A stretch of DNA of 57,797 nt, the filler included, from Sphacelaria rigidula (Eukaryota), in NCBI GenBank assembly GCA_964200075.2. It is 8 parts of 8 records of this genome, joined end to end, with 100 filler letters (N's around TTAATTAATTAA, not from the genome) between each part and the next. Parts side by side here need not be neighbours in the genome. Positions count along the whole stretch, not along the records: positions 7,239 to 14,376 come from CAXNAA020016304.1; positions 14,477 to 21,613 come from CAXNAA020016305.1; positions 21,714 to 28,850 come from CAXNAA020016306.1; 5 more parts are not named here. The stretch is one strand, 5' to 3'. Position 1 is the first letter of the stretch, and each line of letters starts with the position of its first letter. Under the pieces are notes generated by a model, which worked only from the letters and a program-made list of their open reading frames with translations, was not told where the DNA came from and ran no database searches. The position numbers and the translations under genes were made by a program. This document shows positions 13,342-25,200 of this stretch, in pieces.

Positions 13342-14376
13342 GACGATCTGGGCCCGCCGAGAAGCGAATTTGTAGTTTGTATTTATTTAGAGTTGGACCC
13401 TGAAATTTGGTATGGACAATGAATAGAGCATAATAAAAACAAATACCAGTGCACACGACTTTTTTATTTCAATAAGTTGAGGGCATTGTACTAATACCTG
13501 AAAACTGATTATTGCCCTTAACTCATGAAAAACAAAAACTGTGTGCGCTGGTATTTGTTGTTGTTATGCCCTATTCATTGTTCATACCCAATTTCAGGGT
13601 CCAACTCTGAATATTGGCCGGTAAATGGGCCGTTTAGTGATGGGGTCAGAAGAAATTCGGAACAATATTTTGCAGGCCAGTCACCGGCCCTCGTTTGGTG
13701 TTTGTGAAATGAAACTTGTTGTGGGCCGTGGCTAGGACACAATTAACAGTGGGTGTTCCTTTTTCCTTTTCTTTCGCTGGTTTAAGCCATTTTGGTGTGG
13801 TAAAGACCGTTTTTTTCGAGAACGCCTTAACCTCTTCAAAAAAACTGAGGGCCCATTTTTCTTCAATTCAGCATACCTCTGTGGTTCTTTATGCTAAGTT
13901 TCATATCACGATTTAAAAAATTGAGCAAAAAATGAGATAGGCCGAAGAGCAGTATTCATTTCTCCTACAAACTGCGCTAAAAACGGAAAAAAATAAACGA
14001 AAAAATGAAAAAGCTGTTTTCTTCTAGCTTGATTATGCACCATCGCTTCTCCATACCAAAGTTCACAGCATAACTCTCAAAAACTGAGACGCGATATCCA
14101 GATGTGGTTCATATAGTGCATCTGCTCGTAATATATTGATTATAGTATGGCAACTTATGTGCGTCATAACTCGAGATGGATGCCGAATTAGGTGCAGGTG
14201 AGGGTACCTATCATCTCCCCGTGTTCCAGGGCATGTCCACACCAAAAATCGTCGTCACTCGTTGAATGTATCGATTGGGGGGGGGGGGGGGGGGGTATAT
14301 AGATTTTAGGATGGAATCTTTTTTACCTCCTCAAGGTATAGGAATTACTAGAAATGGGGTTTAATAAACCAAAAAA
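13342..14376 (+). mobile_element. Non-autonomous TIR-type element with subterminal hairpin (copy A), cut by contig end
   Basis: About 1 kb colinear with 53678-54700; inverted arms 13389-13484 and 13514-13608 around a 29-bp loop. Confidence 0.75.
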
Positions 14377-14476
14377 NNNNNNNNNNNNNNNNNNNNNNNN
14401 NNNNNNNNNNNNNNNNNNNNTTAATTAATTAANNNNNNNNNNNNNNNNNNNNNNNNNNNNNNNNNNNNNNNNNNNN
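14377..14476. other. Artificial contig linker
   Basis: Same 100-bp N/TTAATTAATTAA block. Confidence 0.97.
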
Positions 14477-16420
14477 TCTGTCGTTGCTTCTCTCTCTGGT
14501 GATATCGTCATCGACACGCGTATACACCGCATTCGTTAGGTGCACCTAGCCACAGCTGCTCAACTGCTGCTGCGGACATTTGGGGGGAAAGATGGCTTCG
14601 CCAGGTCGCTAGTGTTTCACGTCTTCCCTGCAAAAGAGAAATGCCACTTCAACCCTATATTTTGTATCAACCTCATTTTCTAGGATTCACTGTTAACCGC
14701 TCGAGAGACTGGCATCATGCATGTTACCAGCATGTACCGAATTTCTCATGTGCCGGTAGGCATGTTATATTGCTGCACAGCCCCCCGAAGAACGTCGAGG
14801 TGCGAAGGGATTTCGTCTCTCCTCGTCTGTGGAGCCCTCTAATGCAAAGATCGATTTATCTCTGCCTCTCTTTTTGGACAGGATGCGCCTCGGTGCGCTA
14901 CAGAACACGACGTTAAAAAACAGGGCGATGTTCTCGTCACCGTTACTGTTGTCTGTCACACATATGCCAGCAAAAACGGTACTGCGGCAATAACAGATCC
15001 AATTGGAACTTGGGGGGGGGTGTTATTCATCGTTGATATTACCCGTTATGTGATCCTCTGGGTACGCGACGACAAGAGCGTGCCACACGCCAGTTGGGGA
15101 GGCGTGTAGCAGCTGTCAATGGCTACCAGCAGGTGTAGGAATTGAACCATAATTCGAAGATTTGGTGTGGATACGAAGGTTTTAACCCTCCGGGTTCTCA
15201 TCCTTCATGAAAAGCTCCATCCTCAATCTCGACGATCGGCTGTTTTAAGGACGTTTGAATTTGGGTATATTGTTAGAGGTATCTCTGACTCGGCTCCCGG
15301 TTTCCTGGTCTGTTTTCTTCTATTTTTCAAGTGAAAGTGATGCCGATTCATGAGATGATGAGACCCTTCGACCACCAGGTCAGGTCCTCCTATGAATCGC
15401 GATCATTTTCACTTGTAAAAATAGTACACAACTCAGAGCAAGCGAATAAACCAGGATACCGGAAGCCGAGTTTGAGATACCTCTATTATAGTGAGGTCCA
15501 CTTTTTCACGAGAACGCCAAACATCTAAAAAAAATGAAGGCCTGCACTTTTTTTTTTGTTTTCGGCATGGCTTTGCGATTCCCCATGCTAAGTTTCAAAT
15601 TAAAGTTCTAAATATTGCGAAGAAAAACCGAGATAAGGGCCAAGAACAATGTTCAAGCATTTTCCCTTGAAACTCCCCAAAACACGAAAAAAATGGGGGG
15701 GAAGGGGGGGGGGGGGGGGGGGCGCAGGAAGCTGGGCGTTTTGTAGCGGTTCTCCACACCAACTTTCAATGCACAACTCGCGAAAACTGAGACGCAATAT
15801 AACAGCGGATCCTCAAAAATGGGGTCGATCTCAAAAATGAGGTTCAAGTGGCATCTCTTTTCACAGGGATGACGCGAAACAGTTACACAGAGCGAAACCA
15901 TATTTCCCCCCAAAACGCTGCAACTGTGGATCATCAGTTGTGGCTAATTGCACCGAACGATCGCGGTGTACACGCGTGTCGATGACGATATCACCAGAGA
16001 GAAAAGTAACGACGGAGAGAAAGCTCCTCGCCCGTGTCCTTCGTGTGCCCTCGCTGGGCGATTACCAATCGCTCGAAAGACTGACATCATGCATGTTACC
16101 AGCACATACCGAATTTCTCATGTGCCGGTAGCGATCCCCAAAGAACATGGAGTTGCGGAGAGATTTCGTCTCTTCTTGTCTCTGGAGGTCATCAATGCGA
16201 CGATCGATTTCTCTCTGCCTCTCTTTTTGGACAGGACGCACCTCTATGCGCTGAAAAACAGGGCAATGATCCTGTCACCGCTGCTACTGTTGTCTGTCAC
16301 ACACATGCCAGCAAGAACAGTGCGCTGTGGCAAAAATAACAGATGAGCTTGGGGTGTGTTATTCATCGTTGATTTTACCCGACATGACGTATCTGACCAT
16401 CCCAATAGGCCAGTTGGGGT
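14477..16420. repeat. Cluster of repeat modules: X(+) Y(+) ... X(-) Y(+)
   Basis: 14477-14695 is the reverse complement of ~15800-16015; ~14698-15100 is a diverged direct repeat of ~16070-16420. Confidence 0.8.
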
Positions 16421-16999
16421 GTGTGTGTGTGTGAGAGAGAGAGAGAGATCAAAAACTTGTGGAGACCTTCTTGACATGCGGAGTGAAAAAAGATACCTAT
16501 GGTGGTGACGTAACTGTTGCTAGCGTGGTGCAGGGGGGAGCGTCAGCTGCAATCTGGAGCTTTCGTTGCTCTACTCTACTGACTTCCGTCACACACGGTA
16601 ACAACATGTTCTCATGTACCCAAATTCGGAACAGCTATGGAAACAAAACAGTTCGGTTTTCGAAGCTACGTCCAGATCATTGAAATGGCTCTTGTTAGCC
16701 GAGGAAAAGTGTCCGCTTTAGGTCCGGTCAAACGTTCGAAGATACTGTCGAACAGCACCACCAAACTTTGCTGGCATTTGCATCCGCCAATCAGTACAGT
16801 ACCGAACACAAATCGACAGTTTGACGTTCTTATTAGAAAGCAAGAGGCATGAAACTGTTTGCAGGTAGGAAAGCGGGGGTTTTCATACACGAGAAACTCT
16901 GTGTTCCCCCGTGGGCGTTACATGCACTCCCAAAAACTTTGTCGTCCTTCTTTCATACCTGACGGGGGGACGGGGAAGCCGCAGTTCTAACGAATCCAG

Positions 17000-19900
17000 C
17001 CTGTTGTTTGCTGTCTGGGGGGCGTACCCGCCGACGGTGCCGTTTGAACCTGCCGGGGCGTCTTCGCCTGCGCAGCTTGCGCAGTCGTGGCGTCAAGTGG
17101 GATTAGCGGCGCACAGGTCAGCGGAAGAAGTTCCCGTGGAGCTTGCCGACAGATACATTCCTGCGGAGTTATGTCTTCCGAATCAACGGCAGCGTGGAGC
17201 CATTGTGGTTCGGTCTGTGTTGGATTCTGGAGCCCATTTGACTAGTCTGCCGGTGCAGATGGTTGAGATGCTGGAGCGTCAACTCCCGGGTGTGCCGCTG
17301 CGCATCCTGTTTTCGCTCGGGGCGCGGCAGGCAGTCACCGCGTCGGGTCAGCATGTTTCAGTCACGAAGCGTACTGTTCCGTTGCAGCTAGCCTTCAAGA
17401 CTGCTTGAGGGCTGGCGCCGTTGCCTCCGATCTCGTTTGCGATTGTACCAGGGTCGGGTGGCGTTGTCCTTCTGGGGCTGCCGACGCTACAGGATCTAGA
17501 AGTCCACCCGTATGAGCGGTTGAAGGACTCCATCAAGACGCGGATGTCTCCGCCTGGTCCGCATGTGGAGACGCCCGCCTTTTTGGGCAGTCGTCGCGTG
17601 AGCTTGTCGGTCGATGCTTTTCAGGAGGCTGGGGGGCAGGTGACCGAGGAGCGGGATGCAGCGGTGGAACGCTTAGTAGAGCGCGGCCCAGATATGTTCA
17701 TGGACCCGGCGGAAGAGGAGTCCGCTCGGAAGGTCGCACTGGAGGAGAGCGTGACAGATGCTATGGCGAAAGGCCTCAGCGTCCCCAAAGCGGAACGCCT
17801 GCGCGGCATCTGTGCATCGCCACGTCAACGCGTTTCGTCGTGCGCTTCGGGGTGATTCCCGTGCGCGCGTGGAGCCTATGCGTGTTCAGCTAAAACCTGG
17901 GGCATCCGCGGTGAAGGCGAAGCCGCGGCGGTACGATCCGGTGAAGTCGAGCTGGTTGGCGTCGTGCATGGTGGCTCATTTGACGCTTGGATTTGTAGTC
18001 CGGAACCTGCAGGCGGTATGGTCCAGTCCGGCGATGGCGATTCCCAAGAAAGACTCGTTTCGCCTGGTAAGCGACTACAAGGCCGTAAATGATCAGGTTG
18101 AGAAGTCTCCGGGTGTGATGCCCAATCAAGAGTCGGGCATGCGTGATCTCTTGAGTGCTCGTTTTTTTGGCGAGTTGGACCTCCTCCAAGGTTATTGGCA
18201 GATGCCATTGGCGGAGGAGGCGCAGGAGATTTTCACAATCACGACCCCGTTAGGCTTGTTTACCCCGAAGCGAGTACCGCAAGGCGTGTCGAATGCCACG
18301 GCATATTTTCAAGATACCATGGCAGAACTGTTTGTCGGCTTGAAATGCAAGATATGGGTGGATGATGTGTTTTTTTTCGCGGATACGGAAGACGAACTTA
18401 TAGACACGCTTGATGCTATCTTGGCCCGTTTAGAGAATGTTGGTCTGTTTGCGGCGGCGCACAAATGCACTTTTTTCGCTAGTGAACTCGTATGGTGTGG
18501 GAAAGTGTACTTACACGGACGTATATCTCATGACCCTGTCAGATTGCAAGGCTTGTCTGACATGCGGCGCCCGGAGACGGGCGCAGAACTCATACAATTC
18601 CTGCAAGCCGTGAATTGGCTGCGTATCTCGTTGCCGCGTATGGCAGTACCCGTAGCTCCCTTGCGTTTTTTCCTCGAAGAACTCATGGTGGGTGCTGCGG
18701 CGGACGAAGCGTGTTGCAAAAAAACGCGCTCTTCCGCCTGCATCGTGGGCGGAGGGTAGGTTGCAGGCGTGGGCGGCAGCGAAGGATCTGGGGGCTCACG
18801 CCGTGACGCTGTTCCACCCTCGTCCTGATCGTCAGGTGCTAATGTTTCCGGGTGCATCTGAGTGTCATTGGGGTAATTTCGTTACGCAGCTGCCTAAAGC
18901 GGAAATGCAAAGACGCCTGCCAGTTGAGGACATGACGCATGAACCGGGCTTTCCTCAGTGGTAATTTTAAGGGTTCGCAGTTGCGTTGGGCCACAATTGA
19001 TAAGGAAGGTTTTGCTATCGTAAGCACTTCTCGTCGTTTGGAGCATACTTTGTGGGATGGCGTGCACATTTTCACGGATCACCGAAATCTCGTGTATGTT
19101 TTCAACCCGGAAGCGTGCGTTACGCCTGTGTCGAAAGCATTGGCACAAAGTTTGGAGGGCTGGAAAGCTGTTCTTGGCCAATACCGTTACTCAATTTGCC
19201 ATATTTCGGGTGACCGTAACGCGTGGGGTGACTTGCTTTCGCGCTGGGTGAATATTCCCACTTTGCCTGTGCGCGCTGTGGCTGTGTATGGTCCGTGTGA
19301 ACCTGATGACTCGATGCCGTCCAAATCTGTTGTCCGCCAAGCCCAACGAAAAGATCTTGGGACCGAAGATGCGGGTGTGCAATCTTTCGAGTCGGACGTT
19401 GGTACTGCTATCTTGGACAATGAGGGTATGTTTCGTGTGCATGTACGCGGCCGAAACGTTTTGTGGATTCCGAGTTCTGACAAGCAGTTGCAGGTACGTC
19501 TGATGATTTGTGTGCACATGCGACGCCGGGCGTCGTGGTGTGGTTGCGACGCTCGTGCGCTTGCAAGAGTTTTGCGTCTGGCAGGGGATAGAAACTCGTG
19601 TGCGCGCATTTGTTCGCCAGTGTCTTCACTGGGCTGACTCGAGGGCGGGCGATGTTGTTCCTCGCCCGCTCGGCGGGAAGGTCCATGGGACGACGCGGAA
19701 TGAAGTCGTTCATTTTGACTTCTTGTACGTGAGCGAGAGTGACCCGCTAGCTTCTCAAGGTTTGCCGAAGGATGCTGGGTTTCGATACATTTTGGTAATC
19801 ATAGATGATTTGAGCAACTTTGTGGCTCTGGAACCAGTAGCAGCGTGTACTGCTGAATCAACCGCTGCATCTTTGCTGAATTGGTGCAAAACTTTGGGGG

Positions 19901-20872
19901 TGCCGCGTGTGTGGGTGAGTGATACCGTCGCGCATTTGAAGAATGCGATCTTGGCCCGATTGCGAGAGGCTTTGCGCGTTGATCACCAGTTTAGTGGTAG
20001 CGTATTCTCCGTGGTCTAACGGTACGTGCGAACGCATGGTCAAGGAAGCACTTTGTGCTCTTCGCTCTATTCTTCTCGAGCAGCGTTGAGCGGTTTCCGA
20101 GTGGGTGGACGTGTTGCCCGCGGTGCAATGGGCGCTTTATACAGAGTATCGTCATCGTTACGATAGTACGCCGTAACACGTGATGTTTGTTCGTGCCCCT
20201 CGGACGTCTTTCTCGGTCCTCGCGTCTTCGTCAGCGGGGGAATGGAAGTGTGATGTTTTGGACGATGTTCAAATTAGGAGTGCATTGCAAGGAGTCTTGG
20301 ACGTGCAAGAACGTTTCCACGTTCGAGTGCAGGAAGGTGTTGCCGCTGAACGTGTGCGTCGACGTGAGGGGTCCTCGTCGGGACTGGAAATGCCGAATTT
20401 TGAGACAGGTGACTATGTCTTGTACGTACGCGTGCGTCGTCTGGGTGTTATTACGCCCAAGTTGATGGTAACGTGGACTGGTCCATGGAGAGTGGTTGTT
20501 GCTCACCACCCGCACGTGTTTGAGATTCAAAACATTGTTTTGGGTCGTGCTCAGACCGCCCATGTAGCTCGTTTGCGTTTTTATGCAGACTCGCAGCTTA
20601 ATGGTACGGCTGACGTTAAGGACGTGTTCCAGCATGCTTTCAATCAGGGGCAATTTCAGATGGTTGGTGTTGTCCGAGTTGCAGAAGCAGATGGTTGTTC
20701 GTTGATCGTGTTGGTCGACTGGGTTGGTTTCGAAGTTGAGGAGCGTACGTGGGAGCCTTTCGAGGTTATTTTTGAGGCCGCTCCGGAATTTCTCACGAAG
20801 GATGTGCGTAAATTGCGCGTGAATCGTGCCGTTGCTGCTCGCATTTCGAATGAGTTTGGTATTCAGTTGTGA
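17000..20872 (+). pseudogene. pol: Gypsy pol pseudogene (protease, RT, RNase H, integrase, chromodomain)
   Basis: VLDSGA (Asp at 17223); LDLLQGYWQ, PQG and WVDD (18355-18366); WATIDKEGFAI and FTDHRNL; VHFDF...WVSD...CER integrase core; LVDWVGFEVEERTWEP chromodomain. Stops at 17406, 20087 and 20174; frameshifts near 17820, 18700, 18945, 19520 and 19990. Confidence 0.93.
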
Positions 20873-20946
20873 CTTACTCATCGTTTTGGCGTTTTCTATG
20901 AGTCAAGCTTGTTGATCGATTTTCGTCCAACGCGCGTTGGGGGTGC

Positions 20947-21460
20947 TATGACGAAATCACGCCGTTACGTTGACTTGGTAGTGATGATCTGGATAATGAC
21001 CGTTGGTAGTGATGATATGACCGTTGGTAGCGATGATCTGGAAAATGACCGGGGACACTAGGTTGATACCCTGGCGTGTCTAGGAGGCTGTGCCTACGAG
21101 GGCACTCCTGAATAATGAGCATGTTGTAAAGGCTGACAACTGAAACTGAGGCCAGTAAGACTGGGGAGTCCCTCAACAGCAGTGGTCCAGCAGTTCTCCC
21201 ACTGGCTGGCGTCACAGCTGTTCCTTACGAAGTATGTGAGAGTACAGTACGCCAGGATCACCATTTCAATGTGCTAGAGATATTCCGAATAAACTTGCAA
21301 ACGGGGATGCCCTGACCCCTATTCTTGTACAATCTAGAATCGTTAGCAGCCCTTGAACCAGACAAGATTTAGCGCAAGTACACCCCTACCGTAGCATTGC
21401 TCAGTAGTATGGAGCCCTATTTATGTGCGTAATATATATACAAGCTGGTTCAGGTTGACA
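20947..21460 (+). repeat. Probable 3' LTR
   Basis: Starts just after the PPT-like tract; has a short internal tandem repeat (TTGGTAG.GATGAT x3, 20975-21050) and AATAAA at 21288. Ends in ...GTTGACA at 21460, or alternatively CGTCACA at 21216. No second LTR is available to confirm. Confidence 0.55.
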
Positions 21461-21613
21461 ACTCAAAATTGTGTCCCCGGCGATTCCTCACGCCGTTTTT
21501 TGGACCTAGACCAGGAGTACCCCCCCCAAAAAAATGCGAAGCCCTAGGCCGATTTTTTTAATCCTAGGTGTTTTCGGGGGGGCGTGGTGGGGGGGGGGGG
21601 GGGGAGTTTTTTG

Positions 21614-21713
21614 NNNNNNNNNNNNNNNNNNNNNNNNNNNNNNNNNNNNNNNNNNNNTTAATTAATTAANNNNNNNNNNNNNNNNNNNNNNNNNNNNNNN
21701 NNNNNNNNNNNNN
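21614..21713. other. Artificial contig linker
   Basis: Same 100-bp N/TTAATTAATTAA block. Confidence 0.97.
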
Positions 21714-22249
21714 GGGGTGCGAGCTCCATGGTCTTATAAATATGGCATGCATGATAATAAGGACACCCCCGCCCCCCCCCCCCCTACCCCCCCCCCACAC
21801 ACACCATAAAATAAGGGAAGCATATACTGCTTTGAGGAGCAGAAAAACTGCTCCGAAACGCGGAAGCACAAACTGCTTCTGCGTGATAGCGATCAACGAA
21901 GAAGCACAAAATGCTTCGGCGTCCTGGCAAAGCGAAGGAGTAAAACAGGGAGGTAAAACAGGGAGCAGAGCTTTAACCTGGGGGAATCCAAAGAGAAAAA
22001 ACGGCAAGATCATTATGCGATCAACGTATGTTGGTCAGAAGCGAAACCTGAAAACCGGTGATTCAACGAGATCGATCGCCAGTCGGAAGGGGATACTAGA
22101 GCTCCAGTAGTCGTAGACGGTGGGTGGCTTCAGTAGTTCTTCGATCGTCGTCCGATGTAGGTGCTCCTGTCGTGGACGTCGTAGAGTAGGGTCCTGGTGA
22201 AGAAGGGAGGGCAAACAATACCAAAAGGAGGGAGGAAACGTTGCAGCGA

Positions 22250-25200
22250 AGGAGCGTGGTTTGAAGCGGGGCGTGGACGTCGTGAGTATGGTCGATATTG
22301 CGCTGGAGACCGCGGCGAAATCCTTTGGACTTGGGGCGCTGAAGGCATCAGGATCCGCATGGTGCAAATGGGCTGGTGGTGTATAGTGCTGGCCGGAGCT
22401 TGAGCTGTATAGGTCCAGGGTCATCAATGAAGCGCACGATGTATTTGTCGGCAGAAATCAGGTTGGCGGAGTGGGTCTGACCCAACCAACAGAGATTGTA
22501 GATGCCTTCGAACCAAAGGCAGCAGCCCTTGGATAGTATTCGCTGGTTTGCGAAGAACTTCGTCTGACAAGTCTTGGTGGGTACAAGTTCGTAACTACCG
22601 GCGACAAAGTGTAGTCCCTGATCGCGGTGAAGTTCGCGGGCTACTGCACCACGACGCATGTTGCGATATTTCTTGTTGTGAGCAAGATGTTGATGTTGGG
22701 ATTGCATTCAGTAAAGGAGGATTGCAAGGCGGTGCAATTGAAGGTCGGATTCGCGTTCCCAAGGCGCTCGCCGAAGACCGTGCCAGTGGGCCTTATACAT
22801 GACCGCAATTTTTCCACCTCGATCACGGTTTATCTGGTGGCCGGAGATGGTGGACACGGTCAATCGGAGGGGCTGTTCCGTGGCGTCGTCGGTGGTAACA
22901 TGGTAGGGCGGGGACTTGGTCGAGTAGCTGTTGAGTACATACTGTGTGAGTCCGGCAGGCAGGTACTTGGGTATGTCACTTGTATCATGCGGGTTCGTGC
23001 AGGCTTGCATCTGTGCACGAAGACGCGGGGTTTGGTGTCCTTGCCCTGGAAGTCGCGAGGCAGATCGAGATAGAGTAGTTTGTCATCAACGAGTTTATCA
23101 TCCGGCGATGATGGCGATGGTCCGACTGTCAGGATCTTGAATGGTCCTGCCCAATTGAGGGACAATTTTCTCTTCAAAATTGTTTCGTTGGCTGCCTTGC
23201 TGGAGCCTCGGCGAATGGTCGACAAACGGTTGTAGATCCAAACCGAATCACCAACTTTCCAGTTGGGGCGTTTGTGCATGAGGTTGTAGAGAGCAGTGTT
23301 GGATCTCTCCAGGCGCGAGGCGTTGACAGCGTGTTGTTCGCGCACTAGGGCAAACGCTTTGCGTTGTCGTGAATACGCTAGCTCGTGATAGGATATCTGA
23401 TCCTGATCCAATCCTTGGTGGCCATCGAACGTGTGTCGCTCAAACACGGTGATGGGCAGCCGAGGGTAACGTCCAAGATGAAGTTCGTTCGGAGAAAGGC
23501 CTGTGGCAGCGTTAACCGAATTGTTGTAGGACAACATGATGTGCGAGAGATGTAGGTCCCAGTCATCTTGGCGGTTATTAACAACCATAGAGAGTATCTG
23601 GGCCATGGTGTGATTAACTATTTCGGTACCACCGCTACCGTTCGAGTAATGGGCGCTCATGGCAAATTTGCGGATGTCCAGGAGCTTGTGAAGCTCATCA
23701 GAGAGATCTGAGCAAAGTCGCTGACCATTGTCTGAAAGGAGTCGCTTCGGGCAACCGTAGTGCTGAATGTAGTCGTGACACTTTCTACAATAGCCCCCCC
23801 TCCAAAAGTGCATGGTTTTGGGAGGCAAAATCTTCATATAAATCGAAATGAGAAAAGCCGAGCACAACGAGGAGCTGGGAATTTTCACGCTTGGGTTCGT
23901 TCTAGCCAATATCACCAATATGAGGCGCTTATGCAGCCTGAACCCAGACATCAGGCGCTGTACGGTCATTTTTTTCGTGACACTTTTGAGCTGGTTTTGG
24001 GGGGGGCTATCGTAGAAAGTGTCTCGTGGACCAATACGTCGGCGGTTCCGGCGGTAGTGAAATCTGCAGCGGTCACCGCGTACATGGACGCGTGGCGGCT
24101 GAGGCACTCAGTGACGAGTGAGATATAGGTGTTGCCACGACCTGTGGTCGGTAGAGGGCCAAAGTATTCAGGGCCAAAGTATTCAAAGGACACAAGGTGG
24201 CCTGGCGCGTTGAGGAGCCCCATAGAGATGACGGGCCAGCGTACTGTTTGCCGTGAAGTTTTTCGGGCTTGGCATTTGAAGCATCGCCGAATCCAGAAGC
24301 GGGTGGAAATTTCCATGCCAACCCACCAGTAGAAGCGTTCCAAGAGCGCTAGGGTGCGGGTGACGCCAAGGTGATATGGCAAGTCTGTGTGACAGCCTTT
24401 CATGACCCAGGGGTTCGTTAATAATGGGACATATATGCGCGTTGGTTCGTCATCGAGTAGTCGTGCGTGGCGTCCCGCGGTTGAGACGGAGATTGCACCC
24501 GTCGAAGGCGTGCGGCGACGCACGAGTAGTTGTACACCTTCATCCGTACTAAAAAGGGTGCCTTTACGCACGAGTTCGTATACGTCAGAGATATCTGGTG
24601 AAGGTAGTGTGCTAACCGGGGCGAGAAGGGCGGATGGAAACGGGACTGGGCAGTCAAGCTTTACGTGCCGGATGACTGCGCGACATAACAGTTCCGCGTT
24701 TTGTTTGCGAGCCCAATCGCGGTGAGAGTAGCTGGCGAGAAATTCGCGTAGTTGACCTTCCGCTGGCGAGCCGACCAAACATGGTGGGGTAGGCAGCGGG
24801 GGAATAGGTGACGGGGCAGAAATGCCAACATCAATATCTGCCCCGGGAGCAGGAGCTAAGTCGTCAGCTCCATGCTCGGGAACGGTAGATGTTGGTGGCG
24901 CCGTTATGGGCGGCGGGGCTGTATCAGTGCGCGGCGAAGATTGTCCGCGGCGCGTGGTGCACGTTGCAGGAGTTTTTGCGGATCGTTGCATGCTGGTCCG
25001 TGAGACCGGTGCTGCGTGGCTCGTGGAATTTCCTGGTGTTATCGGGTCGGTAGCGGCGGGGCACTCGGGGGGGTGGTGCGGGTGGCAGACCGAGAGTGCG
25101 TGTTGTCGGAGATTAGGTAGGTGACCGAAGGTGTCTCCGTGAAGTACTTCGCGCGAGTACCCAAAGTGCGGAAATCGACAAAATCAGAGGTAGTGGGCGC

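Larger units (their letters stand above)
17000..21460 (+). mobile_element. Ty3/Gypsy chromodomain LTR retrotransposon, 5'-truncated and degenerate
   Basis: Domain order PR-RT-RH-INT-chromo, then a G-rich PPT-like tract (20939-20943) and an LTR-like segment; gag and 5' LTR are absent. Confidence 0.93.

Noticed and set aside
20231-20881. Long antisense ORFs over pol (also 29699-30340 and 30070-30528)
   Set aside because: Shadow frames of retroelement coding sequence with no motifs of their own.
20975-21050. Short repeats as a CRISPR array (also 43425-43685)
   Set aside because: Degenerate tandem or subterminal repeats without unique spacers; eukaryotic context; no cas genes.
22860-24107. 415-aa ORF that looks like an integrase with a novel N-terminus
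   Set aside because: The N-terminal part is an off-frame stretch plus read-through of the 247-bp MITE; the fusion is fortuitous.
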